Virus record (IMG/VR): IMGVR_UViG_2896216315_000003 | Location: 11,032 to 75,031 of that record | Length of the DNA stretch: 64,000 nucleotides | Direction: 5' to 3' (one strand) | Source: a virus | Translations under genes and position numbers: made by a program | The notes under the pieces: generated by a model | Told to the model about the DNA's origin: nothing | What the model saw: only the letters and a program-made list of their open reading frames with translations | The model's database searches: none | In this document: piece after piece, positions 37,872 through 48,434 of the stretch | How the letters are laid out: each line of letters begins with the position of its first letter | Position numbering within the stretch: the stretch's first letter is position 1

Positions 37872-38208
37872 TGAGCATTATCTCCCCATAAATGGTTTGG
37901 ATCACCGCGGTATAGTTCAGTGTGTTATCCGTGATTAATGCCGAAAATGACACGACCGATATCACATCATCCAATTCACGCATTCGGTCACGAAACGCTG
38001 CTTCAAATAACGGAATATCCGCCTGTCGCCCAAAGGTGGTTTTCCAGTAAGGAATACCCATATCGAGTTTATGCAGCATTTCACCGCGGAGTGCTTTCGC
38101 ATAATGTTCACAACGGTTTTTCGATGCCCGTTCACCACTCACAAGAGCTAAATTTCCACTGTTCCCCAAATGGATATCGTTATTGTTGTTTACATCAAAA
38201 GTTATCAT
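37864..38208 (-). CDS. Baseplate/sheath initiator protein
   Basis: LRGE...GIPYW...TIYGE; position. Confidence 0.75.
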   Translation of the reverse strand: MITFDVNNNNDIHLGNSGNLALVSGERASKNRCEHYAKALRGEMLHKLDMGIPYWKTTFGRQADIPLFEAAFRDRMRELDDVISVVSFSALITDNTLNYTAVIQTIYGEIMLNG

Positions 38209-38897
38209 ATGGGCTCTCCTGTATTGCTATTACCACTTTGAATACCGCTGTGTTTATGTGTTGAGCCGATATCTTTACCGTTGTGTTTCATCGTGCCACC
38301 GTTTGAATCGCTGTTACCGTTTACAGCCTGATTACCATTCACCGTAACATTGCCGTTAAACGTAGTTTCGGGCACATTGACCTCAAGAACGGGCGAATCT
38401 AAAACCGCTTTACCCTCATGCAATGACAAACACACGGAGCCATCCATGGATTGAATCACCAAGGCATCCGCATTTTTACCATCAATTAACCAACCTTTAA
38501 GCGTATCGGGAAAGAACATGGCATCGCTAAAGGTATGCAAACGTGCTGTATTGGGTTCATCCTCTAAGCCGCCACGTTGAAAAATTAAGCTGATATCGCG
38601 GTCATTGGCTTTTAACCAACCGAAATCACCCGCCTTGATCGACATACGAATAAAAAAGCCACCGCCCCCAAAACGAAAAACGGGAATATTTTGCACAGCG
38701 GCACGCCCGATTTTTTGGCCTTCCGTCGATACCATCATGACTAAGGGCTTAATCACGGCTCGGTTAGTTTTATCGTTATAACTCACTACCGTCGCAGGCA
38801 GCATGTCATCAATGTTCATGAGCATATTGCGAAATGCAGCCATAAACTGCCCTGCCAAGCTGCCTTCGCTAGCAATATCACTATTGGGTTGGTTCAT
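38205..38897 (-). CDS. Baseplate spike (gp138-like)
   Basis: NDRDIS, RLHTFSDA, C-terminal HKH iron-binding motif. Confidence 0.88.
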   Translation of the reverse strand: MNQPNSDIASEGSLAGQFMAAFRNMLMNIDDMLPATVVSYNDKTNRAVIKPLVMMVSTEGQKIGRAAVQNIPVFRFGGGGFFIRMSIKAGDFGWLKANDRDISLIFQRGGLEDEPNTARLHTFSDAMFFPDTLKGWLIDGKNADALVIQSMDGSVCLSLHEGKAVLDSPVLEVNVPETTFNGNVTVNGNQAVNGNSDSNGGTMKHNGKDIGSTHKHSGIQSGNSNTGEPI

Positions 38898-38900
38898 GAT

Positions 38901-39716
38901 TTACACTCGTTTGCAGGTCGCTTGGTAAAAGAAAGGATCGTCGTGAGACGCTATATCGAACTTGAGTTGCTCAATAATATAATCACCATTTAAGGCAGGA
39001 TTAAACCTACTTTCAAGGCGTAACATGCCACCCAATGACGATTCACTATCAATCAAATACGTGACATCGACACCCTTTTCTGTGGCTTTAGGAATACCCA
39101 CCATCCCCGATTTTTGATTGAGGATACGTAACCGACCATTTAACGCTTTGTCCTGGTCTTTTACATACAAGATATCGTCATCGATAAATGCCTTCACATT
39201 ACCGGCATCTTGAAGTCGCTCGACTTGTTTCAAAGCAGGACCACAAAAGTACCAATTAGCAATATTCTTATCGGTCGCCTGAAAGTCCAATCTAACACTG
39301 CAGTCTTGCGCGATATTCTTTGCCAACTCACTCATTTTATTGATTGCACTACCCGATGAAGACACAATATCGCGGGCGTTGGCATTGTTGGTTTTTGCTT
39401 TCAGAGTGAGCGTCACATCCGGTGGCGAGGCAATTTCTGCACTGACAATATCACCCACGTAAATGCGAAACACACCGGTACTGGCACGACCGGCTTCAAC
39501 AATCAACCGGTGCGGGGTTTTACTTTTCGCATACGGACTCGTTTCCGTGAGTAACATGTTGCGCGTATCGGCATTTAAACCGTCAATATTCACCGTGCAT
39601 TCATTCTGCAGGGGATTAGCGTACTTAGTGCCATTAGCTCGAATACGCAGCCCCTCATACCATTGCAGCCGACCATTAACTTCAATCCCTAATCGTATGC
39701 GGCGTAAATCAATCAT
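38901..39716 (-). CDS. Baseplate hub protein
   Basis: Position, VEAG and GMVGIP motifs. Confidence 0.75.
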   Translation of the reverse strand: MIDLRRIRLGIEVNGRLQWYEGLRIRANGTKYANPLQNECTVNIDGLNADTRNMLLTETSPYAKSKTPHRLIVEAGRASTGVFRIYVGDIVSAEIASPPDVTLTLKAKTNNANARDIVSSSGSAINKMSELAKNIAQDCSVRLDFQATDKNIANWYFCGPALKQVERLQDAGNVKAFIDDDILYVKDQDKALNGRLRILNQKSGMVGIPKATEKGVDVTYLIDSESSLGGMLRLESRFNPALNGDYIIEQLKFDIASHDDPFFYQATCKRV

Positions 39717-40002
39717 CATCCCCCCACCAAACAAGACTGTGTGATTGGCCAAACTGCGCCCACCACGGATATTCATCATTTTCAGTGATAAAGGCGAAAT
39801 TACCGTTACCCGATAAATAGTGGTAGGGGATCAGCGGTTGATTGGGCATCACACGAATGCCTTGCAATAGAACCACATCATTGCGCTTGATATCACAACA
39901 CATTGTTGTTCGCGCCACTTTAATCGTCAGCTCCCACTCGTCACCGCCAAGGCTCACGAGCAAACGTTGATTAGGTACGGTATTTAAAGGGATCTCTTGC
40001 AT
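39709..40002 (-). CDS. Small baseplate protein
   Basis: IPLNTVPNQ N-terminus; position. Confidence 0.72.
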   Translation of the reverse strand: MQEIPLNTVPNQRLLVSLGGDEWELTIKVARTTMCCDIKRNDVVLLQGIRVMPNQPLIPYHYLSGNGNFAFITENDEYPWWAQFGQSHSLVWWGDDD

Positions 40003-40005
40003 GGG

Positions 40006-40533
40006 TCACCACCCTAACGTAAATTCACCGTCAGCAATTTTGGTTGCTGCCGATTTTTTCTTTTTGTCCGGTACCGTGGACGTTTGCACTTTCCCGCGAT
40101 TCACCGTGCTCGATTGCTCTTTTTTTGCCACCTTACGGGGCGGTAGGTCGCCATATTCGGGCTCAACCGTTCGCCACTCACTAAAGCGCAGCGAGAGTTT
40201 AATCGCATCCGCCATTTCAGGAATTTCATCATGATAGAGATTCACCAGCAGCATGGGTTGGTAGGTTTTCACCCGCGTTTGAATGCCCACTAACTGATGT
40301 TTATCATAGGCTTGCTGCAAGGTTTCAAAAGCGCTTTTCATTTCACCGGCTAAAATTAAATCCATGCCAATTTCAACGGGCTGAACCACCACATGATCAC
40401 TGCGTGTTTCCCCCGATTCCACCGTAAATTGCGTGGCTTTATGCTCGTCTCGCACATTGATTTGAATGGGGTTAGCGGTTTCGAACAACGTCGTAAAGTT
40501 ATCGACGTTAAATATTTTGACTTCGGTGATCAT
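40006..40533 (-). CDS. Distal tail / tube initiator-like protein
   Basis: VESG..RSDHVVVQP motif after tape measure. Confidence 0.75.
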   Translation of the reverse strand: MITEVKIFNVDNFTTLFETANPIQINVRDEHKATQFTVESGETRSDHVVVQPVEIGMDLILAGEMKSAFETLQQAYDKHQLVGIQTRVKTYQPMLLVNLYHDEIPEMADAIKLSLRFSEWRTVEPEYGDLPPRKVAKKEQSSTVNRGKVQTSTVPDKKKKSAATKIADGEFTLGW

Positions 40534-42653
40534 TTACCTACCCCCGAACTGGTTTGATGTGCTAAATCTTGTAGCTGGGATTGCAATTCGCCTTTTGCAT
40601 CTTTGGCGATACCTTGTGCATCCGTCGCCTGTGTATTGATGTTCAGTTCACCCACATTGACCGTATTTTCGTTGGTCGTGCTGGATTGATTACTGATAGC
40701 TTGGCTAGTCATTGGGTTCATCGGATTAGCAGACATACTGTTGATTTGTTGGCTTAACCCCTGAACTAGCAGCGCGGTATCATCCTCTGAGAGCTTGGGG
40801 GATTCGGGTATTTGGTGCTCAATGGTGCCGTCTGCAGAGATTTTTCGCTCCACGGTTTGCGTGACTTCGGCATCCTCAAAACCAAACCACCCCTTAACGG
40901 TACTCCAGCCCTTTTTAATCGCGTCCAAGCCGTCATTAATCCAGCCTAAATACTGTTTAATTTGCGCCCATAGCCACTTAAAAATACCCACAACCGCATC
41001 CGAAACAGTATTAAAGACGCCTTCAAATTGCTTACCCCACCCCATTAACCCATCAATAAATTCATTGAGCCATTTCCAAAATTGCTTCCCCCCATCAACG
41101 ATAAAATTAAACGCAGCAACAGCCACATCGGCGACCACTTTAGACAGGGCAATAACAAAATCAAAAAAGGCTTTGAACGTCTCCCACAATGCCATGATGA
41201 CCGCTTTCAGTTCAGGGTATTCGTCCAATATGCGCCCTATCATCGAATCGTTACCGTCGATAAAGTTCATGATATCGTCATACACAAAAGCGAATGCGGC
41301 AGCCAATAAAGCAATCACGGCAATAATGGCTAAGATAGGCCATGTCGCTGCAAGTGTTGCCGCTGCTGCCGAAAGCATTGAAGGGACATAAAAAACCGCA
41401 ATAGCAGAACCCAGTGCAACAAAGAAACCAATAACGAGTTGCTTATTTTCCTTGCAAAAACCGACGAACTTATTTAGCCATTCTAGCCCCTTAGCTAAAA
41501 TGGGGATCACCATTTCTAAAAAACTATTTTTAAGCAAGCCCGAGGACTGCTTGAAGCCCTGCATGGCCTTATTAAACTTAATGGACTGTTCAATACTCTC
41601 TTTGCTAATACCGGAGTATTCTTTTTGAATACCCATCATGCGCTCGAGTTCTTTGCGCCCTTTCATCATCAGTTCGACGGTTTTATCATCCGTCACGCCA
41701 AGCCCGGCAAGTGTTGCTTTGGCTTTATCGAACTTCATACCCTGCACTTTATCCGCAGTCTGAAGCACTTTTTCCATTGAGTTTTTAGCGAACCCAAAGG
41801 ATTTTGCCATTGCCGTTAAATCTGCTTGAGCAGCTTCACGAGTGCCACCTAATTCTGTCATTGACCCTGCGAAGGCATCCACGTCAGCAGTTGTGACATT
41901 GATTTGTTTACTTAGCTTATCCATTGCCTCAATGTCCGCTGAACGTGAAATGGATTCACCAATCATTGAAGATAGCCCCATAAACACACCAACCGCCCCG
42001 AGTGCTTTAGTGGCAAAACCGGCGACGGTGCTGCCGGCTTCTTTATATTTATTTTGTGTTTCTGTTAATTCTCGCTGTAAATTGTTTTGCGCTTTTGCTT
42101 CTTCAATTGCAGCTTGAACCCCTTTCGTGCGCATGGTTTCAACAAATCGCGTGTAATCTGCGTTTAGTGCTTTAACAATGGCATCTACTGACGCCTTGGC
42201 TTTACTGTTTTTTGTTTCAGCTGCGGTGAGTGTATTCAGCTCAGCGTTAAGTCCTGTTAACTCATCTTGCAAGCTACCGTACTGCTCATTGAGTGAGTCA
42301 AGGACCCTCACATTATTTAAAAGCCCTTGGTCAATTGAATTTCTTTGGTCATCCAATGCGCCCATCGCTACTTCAACGTCACTAATCCGCTCACGAGTTG
42401 CTAAAAGTTTTTCTTCGGTATCATGAGTATTGATATCGAGATCAAACGTTTCTGCTCCCGTAATTTCTTGTAGGGATGTTGATAAGTCCTGCATAAATTT
42501 GCTAAAGCTATCCCCACTTGCCGATGCGGACTCTTGAGCGCGTTTCATGTCAGCAATAATGTCATCCGTAGAGCGTCGAACGCGGTCAAATGCCCCATCC
42601 GCTTGCCTTGTATCAAACTCAAAGACCTGCACAAAGGTATCCATTAATGACAT
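40530..42653 (-). CDS. Tape measure protein
   Basis: Long helical protein with TM segments and W/F-spaced repeats. Confidence 0.88.
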   Translation of the reverse strand: MSLMDTFVQVFEFDTRQADGAFDRVRRSTDDIIADMKRAQESASASGDSFSKFMQDLSTSLQEITGAETFDLDINTHDTEEKLLATRERISDVEVAMGALDDQRNSIDQGLLNNVRVLDSLNEQYGSLQDELTGLNAELNTLTAAETKNSKAKASVDAIVKALNADYTRFVETMRTKGVQAAIEEAKAQNNLQRELTETQNKYKEAGSTVAGFATKALGAVGVFMGLSSMIGESISRSADIEAMDKLSKQINVTTADVDAFAGSMTELGGTREAAQADLTAMAKSFGFAKNSMEKVLQTADKVQGMKFDKAKATLAGLGVTDDKTVELMMKGRKELERMMGIQKEYSGISKESIEQSIKFNKAMQGFKQSSGLLKNSFLEMVIPILAKGLEWLNKFVGFCKENKQLVIGFFVALGSAIAVFYVPSMLSAAAATLAATWPILAIIAVIALLAAAFAFVYDDIMNFIDGNDSMIGRILDEYPELKAVIMALWETFKAFFDFVIALSKVVADVAVAAFNFIVDGGKQFWKWLNEFIDGLMGWGKQFEGVFNTVSDAVVGIFKWLWAQIKQYLGWINDGLDAIKKGWSTVKGWFGFEDAEVTQTVERKISADGTIEHQIPESPKLSEDDTALLVQGLSQQINSMSANPMNPMTSQAISNQSSTTNENTVNVGELNINTQATDAQGIAKDAKGELQSQLQDLAHQTSSGVGK

Positions 42654-42889
42654 TAGCGATCCTTTGAAGCCGCAAGGGCTTCGTTATAACGGTTAGTGAT
42701 GGCAATTTCCCACAGGTCCATTGCTTCTTCTAAATCTATTGAGGTTTTGAGTTCGGTGAAGGTGGCGAGGCGTTCGCTGACGATGACGGCAAAGAACCCA
42801 TCAGCGTTTTTATAATCGACGGGAGTGAACCGCTTACCTTGCTGAGCAGGAAGTGGAGGAAACCTTGGCTCCCGTCGTTGCCGAAAAAA
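42653..42889 (-). CDS. -1 frameshift extension of tail assembly chaperone
   Basis: T TTT TTC at 42883-42889; -1 frame open to ...DLEEAMDLWEIAITNRYNEALAASKDR*, stop overlaps the TMP ATG. Confidence 0.75.
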   Translation of the reverse strand, partial: FFRQRREPRFPPLPAQQGKRFTPVDYKNADGFFAVIVSERLATFTELKTSIDLEEAMDLWEIAITNRYNEALAASKDR

Positions 42890-43194
42890 CTGGTGTTATA
42901 TTTCAACATTTCCAACTCTAAGCGGATCAACGATTCGCCATCAGGCACATGGTTATCAATAAGTGTTTGTGTTTTAAGGGGGACTTCTTCACCATCGATA
43001 GTGACACACACATAGGCCATCATTTTTAACATGGCCTCTTTGCTGACCTCATAATCACCAATTTTGGGCGCGTTGGATAACGGATATTTGGCTAGGATTT
43101 CACGCCCGACTGTCGCAGGTAGGCGACTAATCACAAACAGCTTTTCAAGGCCATCAACGTCTTTGATAGCCACTTCTTTAGGTTTTATAAGCAT
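42736..43194 (-). CDS. Tail assembly chaperone
   Basis: Between tube and TMP; LIDNHVPD...YNTSFF. Confidence 0.8.
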   Translation of the reverse strand: MLIKPKEVAIKDVDGLEKLFVISRLPATVGREILAKYPLSNAPKIGDYEVSKEAMLKMMAYVCVTIDGEEVPLKTQTLIDNHVPDGESLIRLELEMLKYNTSFFGNDGSQGFLHFLLSKVSGSLPSIIKTLMGSLPSSSANASPPSPNSKPQ

Positions 43195-43244
43195 GGTGAA
43201 CACCGATAAAAAAGGCGGGGAGCCCCGCCATAAATTGAAATGAA

Positions 43245-43697
43245 TTAACGAATGCGCGTACTATCAAAATCTTGAAACACAAAGGTATAGGCTTTAGATT
43301 TCAAACGTCCTGCAGAGGCGGCAGAGTTGCCTCGACTGCCATTGGTAATCTTGCCGTTACGCGCCGTAACCGTTGAACCATCACCGTAAGACGCTACAAA
43401 GGTAATGATATCCCCTGCGTGTCGACGCCCTTTTTTTGCGGTATTGGCTTCGAGCAAAATAGACAAGTTTTGATCTTCTTCACTACCGGCTAATACGTTG
43501 ATGGTGACGGTTTGTGGTGTTGGTGTGGACCAACTCACCAAGTTACCGTTAATGTCCATCCCCGTTTGTGCAATGTCGACAGCCGGTAAATCCAACGGGT
43601 CAGCATCATCAGCAAAGGCGGTAATTAAAATCCCAGTGGGAAAGGTTTTGCTGGCTTGAATGGTAAAACTCAAGCCGGTTGCAGAGATATCATGCAT
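43245..43697 (-). CDS. Tail tube protein
   Basis: FADDADPLD...GMDING; follows sheath. Confidence 0.82.
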   Translation of the reverse strand: MHDISATGLSFTIQASKTFPTGILITAFADDADPLDLPAVDIAQTGMDINGNLVSWSTPTPQTVTINVLAGSEEDQNLSILLEANTAKKGRRHAGDIITFVASYGDGSTVTARNGKITNGSRGNSAASAGRLKSKAYTFVFQDFDSTRIR

Positions 43698-43706
43698 GTT
43701 CTACTC

Positions 43707-45194
43707 CTAGACTAAATTATGAGAGCCTTCGACTTTGCGAACCCAATCGCCTTTGCCGTAAATCAGCACGTATTTCATGACATACTCAGGTAAGTCACTT
43801 TCACCGGTGTTTTCAACAATCTGCGCGTTATACCAATAGCCTTTATCCTGTACGTCATACCAAGCAAGGTCATCGCCAGACGCATCCGCAATAGCAAGCT
43901 TTTGCACGTCACTCAGCGTTTTACCGGCTAAAATCGTACCGTTATTAATCGCTTTGGTGACCGCACCGGCAATCACCATTAACGCGCGTGCCTCACCGTC
44001 CTTATTCGCTGGAACGCCCCGTGTGGCCAATAACACGTTAAACCATTGCTGAGCAATATAGGCTTTTAACCATTGCTCATTGGCATGCACACTCATATCC
44101 AGTGGATTAGACGAACCACCGCACAAGAAGCCCCGTTGATAGAAACGAATTTGAGAGCCTGCAATCGCGGTTTCACCGTAATAGTTCACGCGCAGCTTAT
44201 CGAATCGGTCAGCCGCTTTGTCTGTGGTCACTTGCGCAGGGAACGTAACGCCTAATTGACGGAACATGTAGTTTGTCGTGGCATTCGTGCGGTCATAATC
44301 CGTCGCCGCCATAACGGCCATGGGTAAGGTTTGAATAAAATAGTTAGTATCCGTTTTGAGGTTTAACCCCACAGAAGCGGTTCCCATCAATGCTGCGCTA
44401 AAATCTTCAACCTGCTTTTCGCTCACGCTAATATGCAATTGGTATTTGACGTTTTCACCGGAAACATACTGCGCCAATGGCACGGCTTGCTCTAACGTCA
44501 ATTCATCCAAGAATGTCGCACTACCAAATGAATCGGAAACCTGCTCTGCTACCATAAACGCTTCAAGTGGTGTTTGTGCGGGGTTACCTTCAGATGCCGT
44601 ACCGGAAGACAGCCCCATGGCATTCGCCAGCACCGAATATTCAACACTAATGGATGCGCGCTCTTGCACACCGCCACTGAGTTCAAACGCGCTATCGAGT
44701 GAATTAAACGTCAAATAGCTACTAGAAAATTGCGGTTCTCTTTCTGCATTGAGCTTTGCTTGAATGGTGGACGCAATATCCGCATAGGACTTCGCTTCTG
44801 ACAAATCAATGTCTTTGTAGCTTTTGGTCACCGTGCCGATCGTGACAGATAGCGTTCCATCCGCAATAATTTTTAAATCCGCTAATGCGGCGGCTTTTGT
44901 CCCAAATAGCGTAGGCGCTCGCCCGACGGGCTCATAAGACGCAATTTGTAATTCCTTCGGCTTACTCACCGGTGCAGGGCTGACATAGCTAAAATATTGT
45001 CGTGCAAAGTGGGCCTCGGGAGAATCAACACCCAGCAAATCATCTATTTGACCACTGGCAAACTCTAAAACTTTACCTGCGGGAATTTTGGGGTTAGTGG
45101 AAAATAAGCGGCCGGTTAATTTACGCATCGGAACAGCGGACGCGCCAATAACCGCCGATGCGATATCAACGTATCGAGTTTGTTTAATTGGCAT
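43707..45194 (-). CDS. Tail sheath protein (DUF3383-like)
   Basis: ~500 aa; RVNYYGET, NEQWLK, KGYW. Confidence 0.87.
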   Translation of the reverse strand: MPIKQTRYVDIASAVIGASAVPMRKLTGRLFSTNPKIPAGKVLEFASGQIDDLLGVDSPEAHFARQYFSYVSPAPVSKPKELQIASYEPVGRAPTLFGTKAAALADLKIIADGTLSVTIGTVTKSYKDIDLSEAKSYADIASTIQAKLNAEREPQFSSSYLTFNSLDSAFELSGGVQERASISVEYSVLANAMGLSSGTASEGNPAQTPLEAFMVAEQVSDSFGSATFLDELTLEQAVPLAQYVSGENVKYQLHISVSEKQVEDFSAALMGTASVGLNLKTDTNYFIQTLPMAVMAATDYDRTNATTNYMFRQLGVTFPAQVTTDKAADRFDKLRVNYYGETAIAGSQIRFYQRGFLCGGSSNPLDMSVHANEQWLKAYIAQQWFNVLLATRGVPANKDGEARALMVIAGAVTKAINNGTILAGKTLSDVQKLAIADASGDDLAWYDVQDKGYWYNAQIVENTGESDLPEYVMKYVLIYGKGDWVRKVEGSHNLV

Positions 45195-45203
45195 AATAAA
45201 ACC

Positions 45204-45719
45204 TTATATGCGGTGGATATCAGGATAGAGCGCGATTATGGCCGCTGTATCAGGGAAAAGAGAGCGTTTAAACGTCACATTAAAATCAAACGAGGGGTTT
45301 TGTTCGTAGTCACCATAGTCGTTCACAAAGTAAGGCTGGCGAACGGATGTTGCCCGCTGCACACCAATACCTTGCTTTCTCAGTGTGGTCACAAAAGGCA
45401 GTGAATTGACAACCATTCGAGCAATGGCGGTAATATCATTGGCGGTATATGGACCTAATTGGGTAATGAGTGCCTGAACTTGGTATGTTTTTTCCGATAA
45501 TTGGTTTTCTTGGTGATTGGCATTGTTACCTTGGACATTGTAATGGCGACCTTGCCAACCATGCCCACTTTCATTGATGGAAAAGAACATCACCATATTA
45601 TCTTCACGACCTTGCTTGGTGGATTGAAAACCGGCTTTCACGGGGATATCAATACCGACTTCGGTCAGCTGCCGTAATAACTGTTTGCGAATGGCAATAT
45701 CAACGTCATTATCCGTCAT
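45204..45719 (-). CDS. Tail terminator/neck protein
   Basis: Position before sheath. Confidence 0.7.
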   Translation of the reverse strand: MTDNDVDIAIRKQLLRQLTEVGIDIPVKAGFQSTKQGREDNMVMFFSINESGHGWQGRHYNVQGNNANHQENQLSEKTYQVQALITQLGPYTANDITAIARMVVNSLPFVTTLRKQGIGVQRATSVRQPYFVNDYGDYEQNPSFDFNVTFKRSLFPDTAAIIALYPDIHRI

Positions 45720-46077
45720 AGGCCCCTACCTCGATGCAAATCACCGATTTCCAGCCGTCCTGCTCGTACCAATCCGCATCCCCCATCACATCGTATTTCT
45801 TGCCATTAAAAACAAGATAATCCGGTGAAGTACCGCGCTGAATACCTTTGATATCATGGGAAGTATAAAAGCGCCGATAAACCGTATTTGAATCAAAGCC
45901 CATTGATTGAGCATCTTGAGTATCGACCGCTTGCCAGCTCCCGCGAATATCAACCGGTTCATAATATTGGTTTTGGTCATGCCCTCGCTCATCGGGCGTT
46001 CGGCCTTTAAAACGAAACCACTGGGCTGTTTGCTGAGGAATATAGCGGGAAGCGATACGGTGTAAATTTCCAAACAT
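45709..46077 (-). CDS. Head closure protein
   Basis: Position; DW...GW C-terminus. Confidence 0.7.
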   Translation of the reverse strand: MFGNLHRIASRYIPQQTAQWFRFKGRTPDERGHDQNQYYEPVDIRGSWQAVDTQDAQSMGFDSNTVYRRFYTSHDIKGIQRGTSPDYLVFNGKKYDVMGDADWYEQDGWKSVICIEVGAYDG

Positions 46078-46535
46078 TACTTATCCTCCACGGTAAAACT
46101 GACGGCCTGTAACATCTGCCCTGTGTCGACTAAGGGCTTATCGGTGGATTTCCCTTTGCTATGACGCCGCGCTCTGGCTTTTACCGTTGAATCGTCTAAC
46201 GCAGGTGTGGTTACCGCTTTAATGGCCAGTTTCACATCCCCAGCCGCTTTTGCACCGACTTGGGTTAGCCCATCAGTAACGGAAATATTGCCCGCGGCCG
46301 CTGCTTTGGCCACACGGAAAATTAACTGGCCATACTCTGTTTTTTTATCGCTCATCGTCGGACGTAAAAAAGGGCGCGGAGGAATGCCACCTGCAGGATA
46401 ACCTAACTCTTGAATGGCTGCGATATAGGCAATGGGCGTACCATCGGGATACTTCGAGTGTTCAAAGAAACCCACTTTCAGTTGTTTCTTGGCTAACTCA
46501 TCATAGACTTTTTTCAACTGAGCTAATTTCGTCAT
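46077..46535 (-). CDS. Neck/tail completion protein
   Basis: IPPRPFLRP and KPLVDTGQM motifs. Confidence 0.8.
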   Translation of the reverse strand: MTKLAQLKKVYDELAKKQLKVGFFEHSKYPDGTPIAYIAAIQELGYPAGGIPPRPFLRPTMSDKKTEYGQLIFRVAKAAAAGNISVTDGLTQVGAKAAGDVKLAIKAVTTPALDDSTVKARARRHSKGKSTDKPLVDTGQMLQAVSFTVEDK

Positions 46536-46969
46536 TAACGTAACCGCCCCCCTCGTGTGAACCGGCCACCCACACCGCGAAATGCCGAACGTTCACCTGC
46601 ACCACCAATGTATTGCGGCACACTACAGCGTTTTATCAGTGCTAAGAACTGTTGGCCATATGTGGTCATTTTGAACCAGTGTGACCAATCAGAACCCGCA
46701 GGGGGCGCAGAGAATGACACGCTGACTTTATCGATAGTCACACTAGTCACAACACCGGTTGGGGATTCATCATCCGCAATCCACTTTCGCAGTGATAGCA
46801 TATGAGCAACAACCAACATCCACAGTTCGTTTGTGCAAACGCCGCGACAGGGCGAAAAATAGTTCAGGGCAGATTGAGCAATAATATAAATGTCATCATC
46901 ACTCACACCATTAAATGATGGATAGAGCACACGAAATGACGTTAGGGGAAATGTGCTCGCATCCATCAT
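46535..46969 (-). CDS. Head-tail adaptor (DUF4054-like)
   Basis: FR..YP.F, AH.L, TTYGQQF. Confidence 0.82.
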   Translation of the reverse strand: MMDASTFPLTSFRVLYPSFNGVSDDDIYIIAQSALNYFSPCRGVCTNELWMLVVAHMLSLRKWIADDESPTGVVTSVTIDKVSVSFSAPPAGSDWSHWFKMTTYGQQFLALIKRCSVPQYIGGAGERSAFRGVGGRFTRGGRLR

Positions 46970-47310
46970 TATTTACCCTTTTTGTTGGTTTTCGGGACTG
47001 CTTGTTTTTCTGCTTCCAAAGATTCCACGGTATCTGGCGCTGACTTATCGCTAGCCTCCATATTGGTGGCCACTTTTTCAGGATCTTCTTTGCGGTTTTC
47101 CACACTGATAAACCCGTTTTCTTTATGCAGTTGAAATACATGGTTATCTTTAAGCTGTGCGTATTGTTCGTCGCTGATTTCCGTGACACGCCCACGCGGG
47201 GTATACATATGCTTGGTCATGATATTGGCTTGACCCGCAATAAACACTTTGCCATCCGTGATCGAATAGTTTTGGTCATTCGATAGCGTGCAATAGATAT
47301 AGAGAGACAT
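46969..47310 (-). CDS. Hypothetical head-associated protein
   Basis: GGAG RBS; follows capsid gene. Confidence 0.7.
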   Translation of the reverse strand: MSLYIYCTLSNDQNYSITDGKVFIAGQANIMTKHMYTPRGRVTEISDEQYAQLKDNHVFQLHKENGFISVENRKEDPEKVATNMEASDKSAPDTVESLEAEKQAVPKTNKKGK

Positions 47311-47366
47311 GGCTTGCTCCAATAAAAAAGCCCTCAAATGAGGGCGTAAAAAAGGAAGTGGTCAGG

Positions 47367-48434
47367 TTAGATGCCTGTGAGACGGGTAATGGCCCAAGGT
47401 CGGGTAACAAAGACACCCGCGGTTGCGTTGGTCGCATCCTCTAAATACCCTTTGATTTGCGCTTGTGAGCCCAGTAATTGGTACTTAACGGGTACCACTT
47501 GTAGAATGGTTGCACTGGTTGCGGTTGAACCATCATCGATGGTATCCGCGAACATATACGCCACATCCGCACCACCATTCGCCCCGACAAATTCAGGTGA
47601 GAACACAAAACGCAGGTTTGGATAGTTCTCTTTCACCCATTGATACACCGTTTCACCACGCGCCACAGGATTAGCGACATTTAGCGTTGAACGGTAGCCT
47701 AACGGTAACGTCAATGTGATTGCGATATCATCTTTGATAATCCCACCTGAACTCATTTCAATGCGCGAGAACATATCAGTAATATCTTGGGTGATATCGG
47801 CAAACGTGCCGCCCTTCCATTTTTTCGATGCGGTTTCATAAGCCGGTAGATTCGGCTCATTCATCAAGCCAAACACGCGGGTTTCAGGGCTATTAAACCC
47901 ATAGTAACCAATCCGCTCACGCCCTTGTTCTAAAGATTCAGTCGCTGAATTACGTTTTTCCGCAGCGGCTTCAAACCCAGCTGCAGATTGGCGCGCTTCC
48001 TCTAACTTACCGACTTGAAAACCTTGTTCAAAACGCACGATACCGCGGCGTTCTTGGTCTTGAATGTAAGACGCTAACGGCACGTTGGTATGGTCGCCGT
48101 AGAGCTCGGCTTTACCGGTTGGTGTCGCCACGTTCAGAATGATTTCCTCATCGTGCCATTCACCCGCATTCAACACACCGGTGATTTCATCCAACACACG
48201 AACACGGGTTGCGGTGCGAATGAGACCAGGAAGAACGTGTTGCAACATTTCACGCTGAATCAACCCACCTTGCATGGCTGCGCCCGTGATAGCCGAGTCC
48301 ATCGACGCCAAGCCACCAAAACCAATTTGCTCAAGTTCGCGATACGTCCACTGTTGGTTAGGTTGGATATTAAGCTGGCCATGCTTGCGAATATCGCGGC
48401 CAGACATATAAAACTTTTGCTTGCTAACTGGCAT
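47367..48434 (-). CDS. Major capsid protein (DUF2184-like)
   Basis: YGD..NVPL, FGLMNEPNL, TAGVFVTRPWAI. Confidence 0.88.
   Translation of the reverse strand: MPVSKQKFYMSGRDIRKHGQLNIQPNQQWTYRELEQIGFGGLASMDSAITGAAMQGGLIQREMLQHVLPGLIRTATRVRVLDEITGVLNAGEWHDEEIILNVATPTGKAELYGDHTNVPLASYIQDQERRGIVRFEQGFQVGKLEEARQSAAGFEAAAEKRNSATESLEQGRERIGYYGFNSPETRVFGLMNEPNLPAYETASKKWKGGTFADITQDITDMFSRIEMSSGGIIKDDIAITLTLPLGYRSTLNVANPVARGETVYQWVKENYPNLRFVFSPEFVGANGGADVAYMFADTIDDGSTATSATILQVVPVKYQLLGSQAQIKGYLEDATNATAGVFVTRPWAITRLTGI

Noticed and set aside
40795..42426. Plus-strand ORFs opposite the tape measure gene (and similar shadow ORFs such as 49202-49684)
   Set aside because: Antisense shadows of real phage genes, with no RBS or recognisable motifs.
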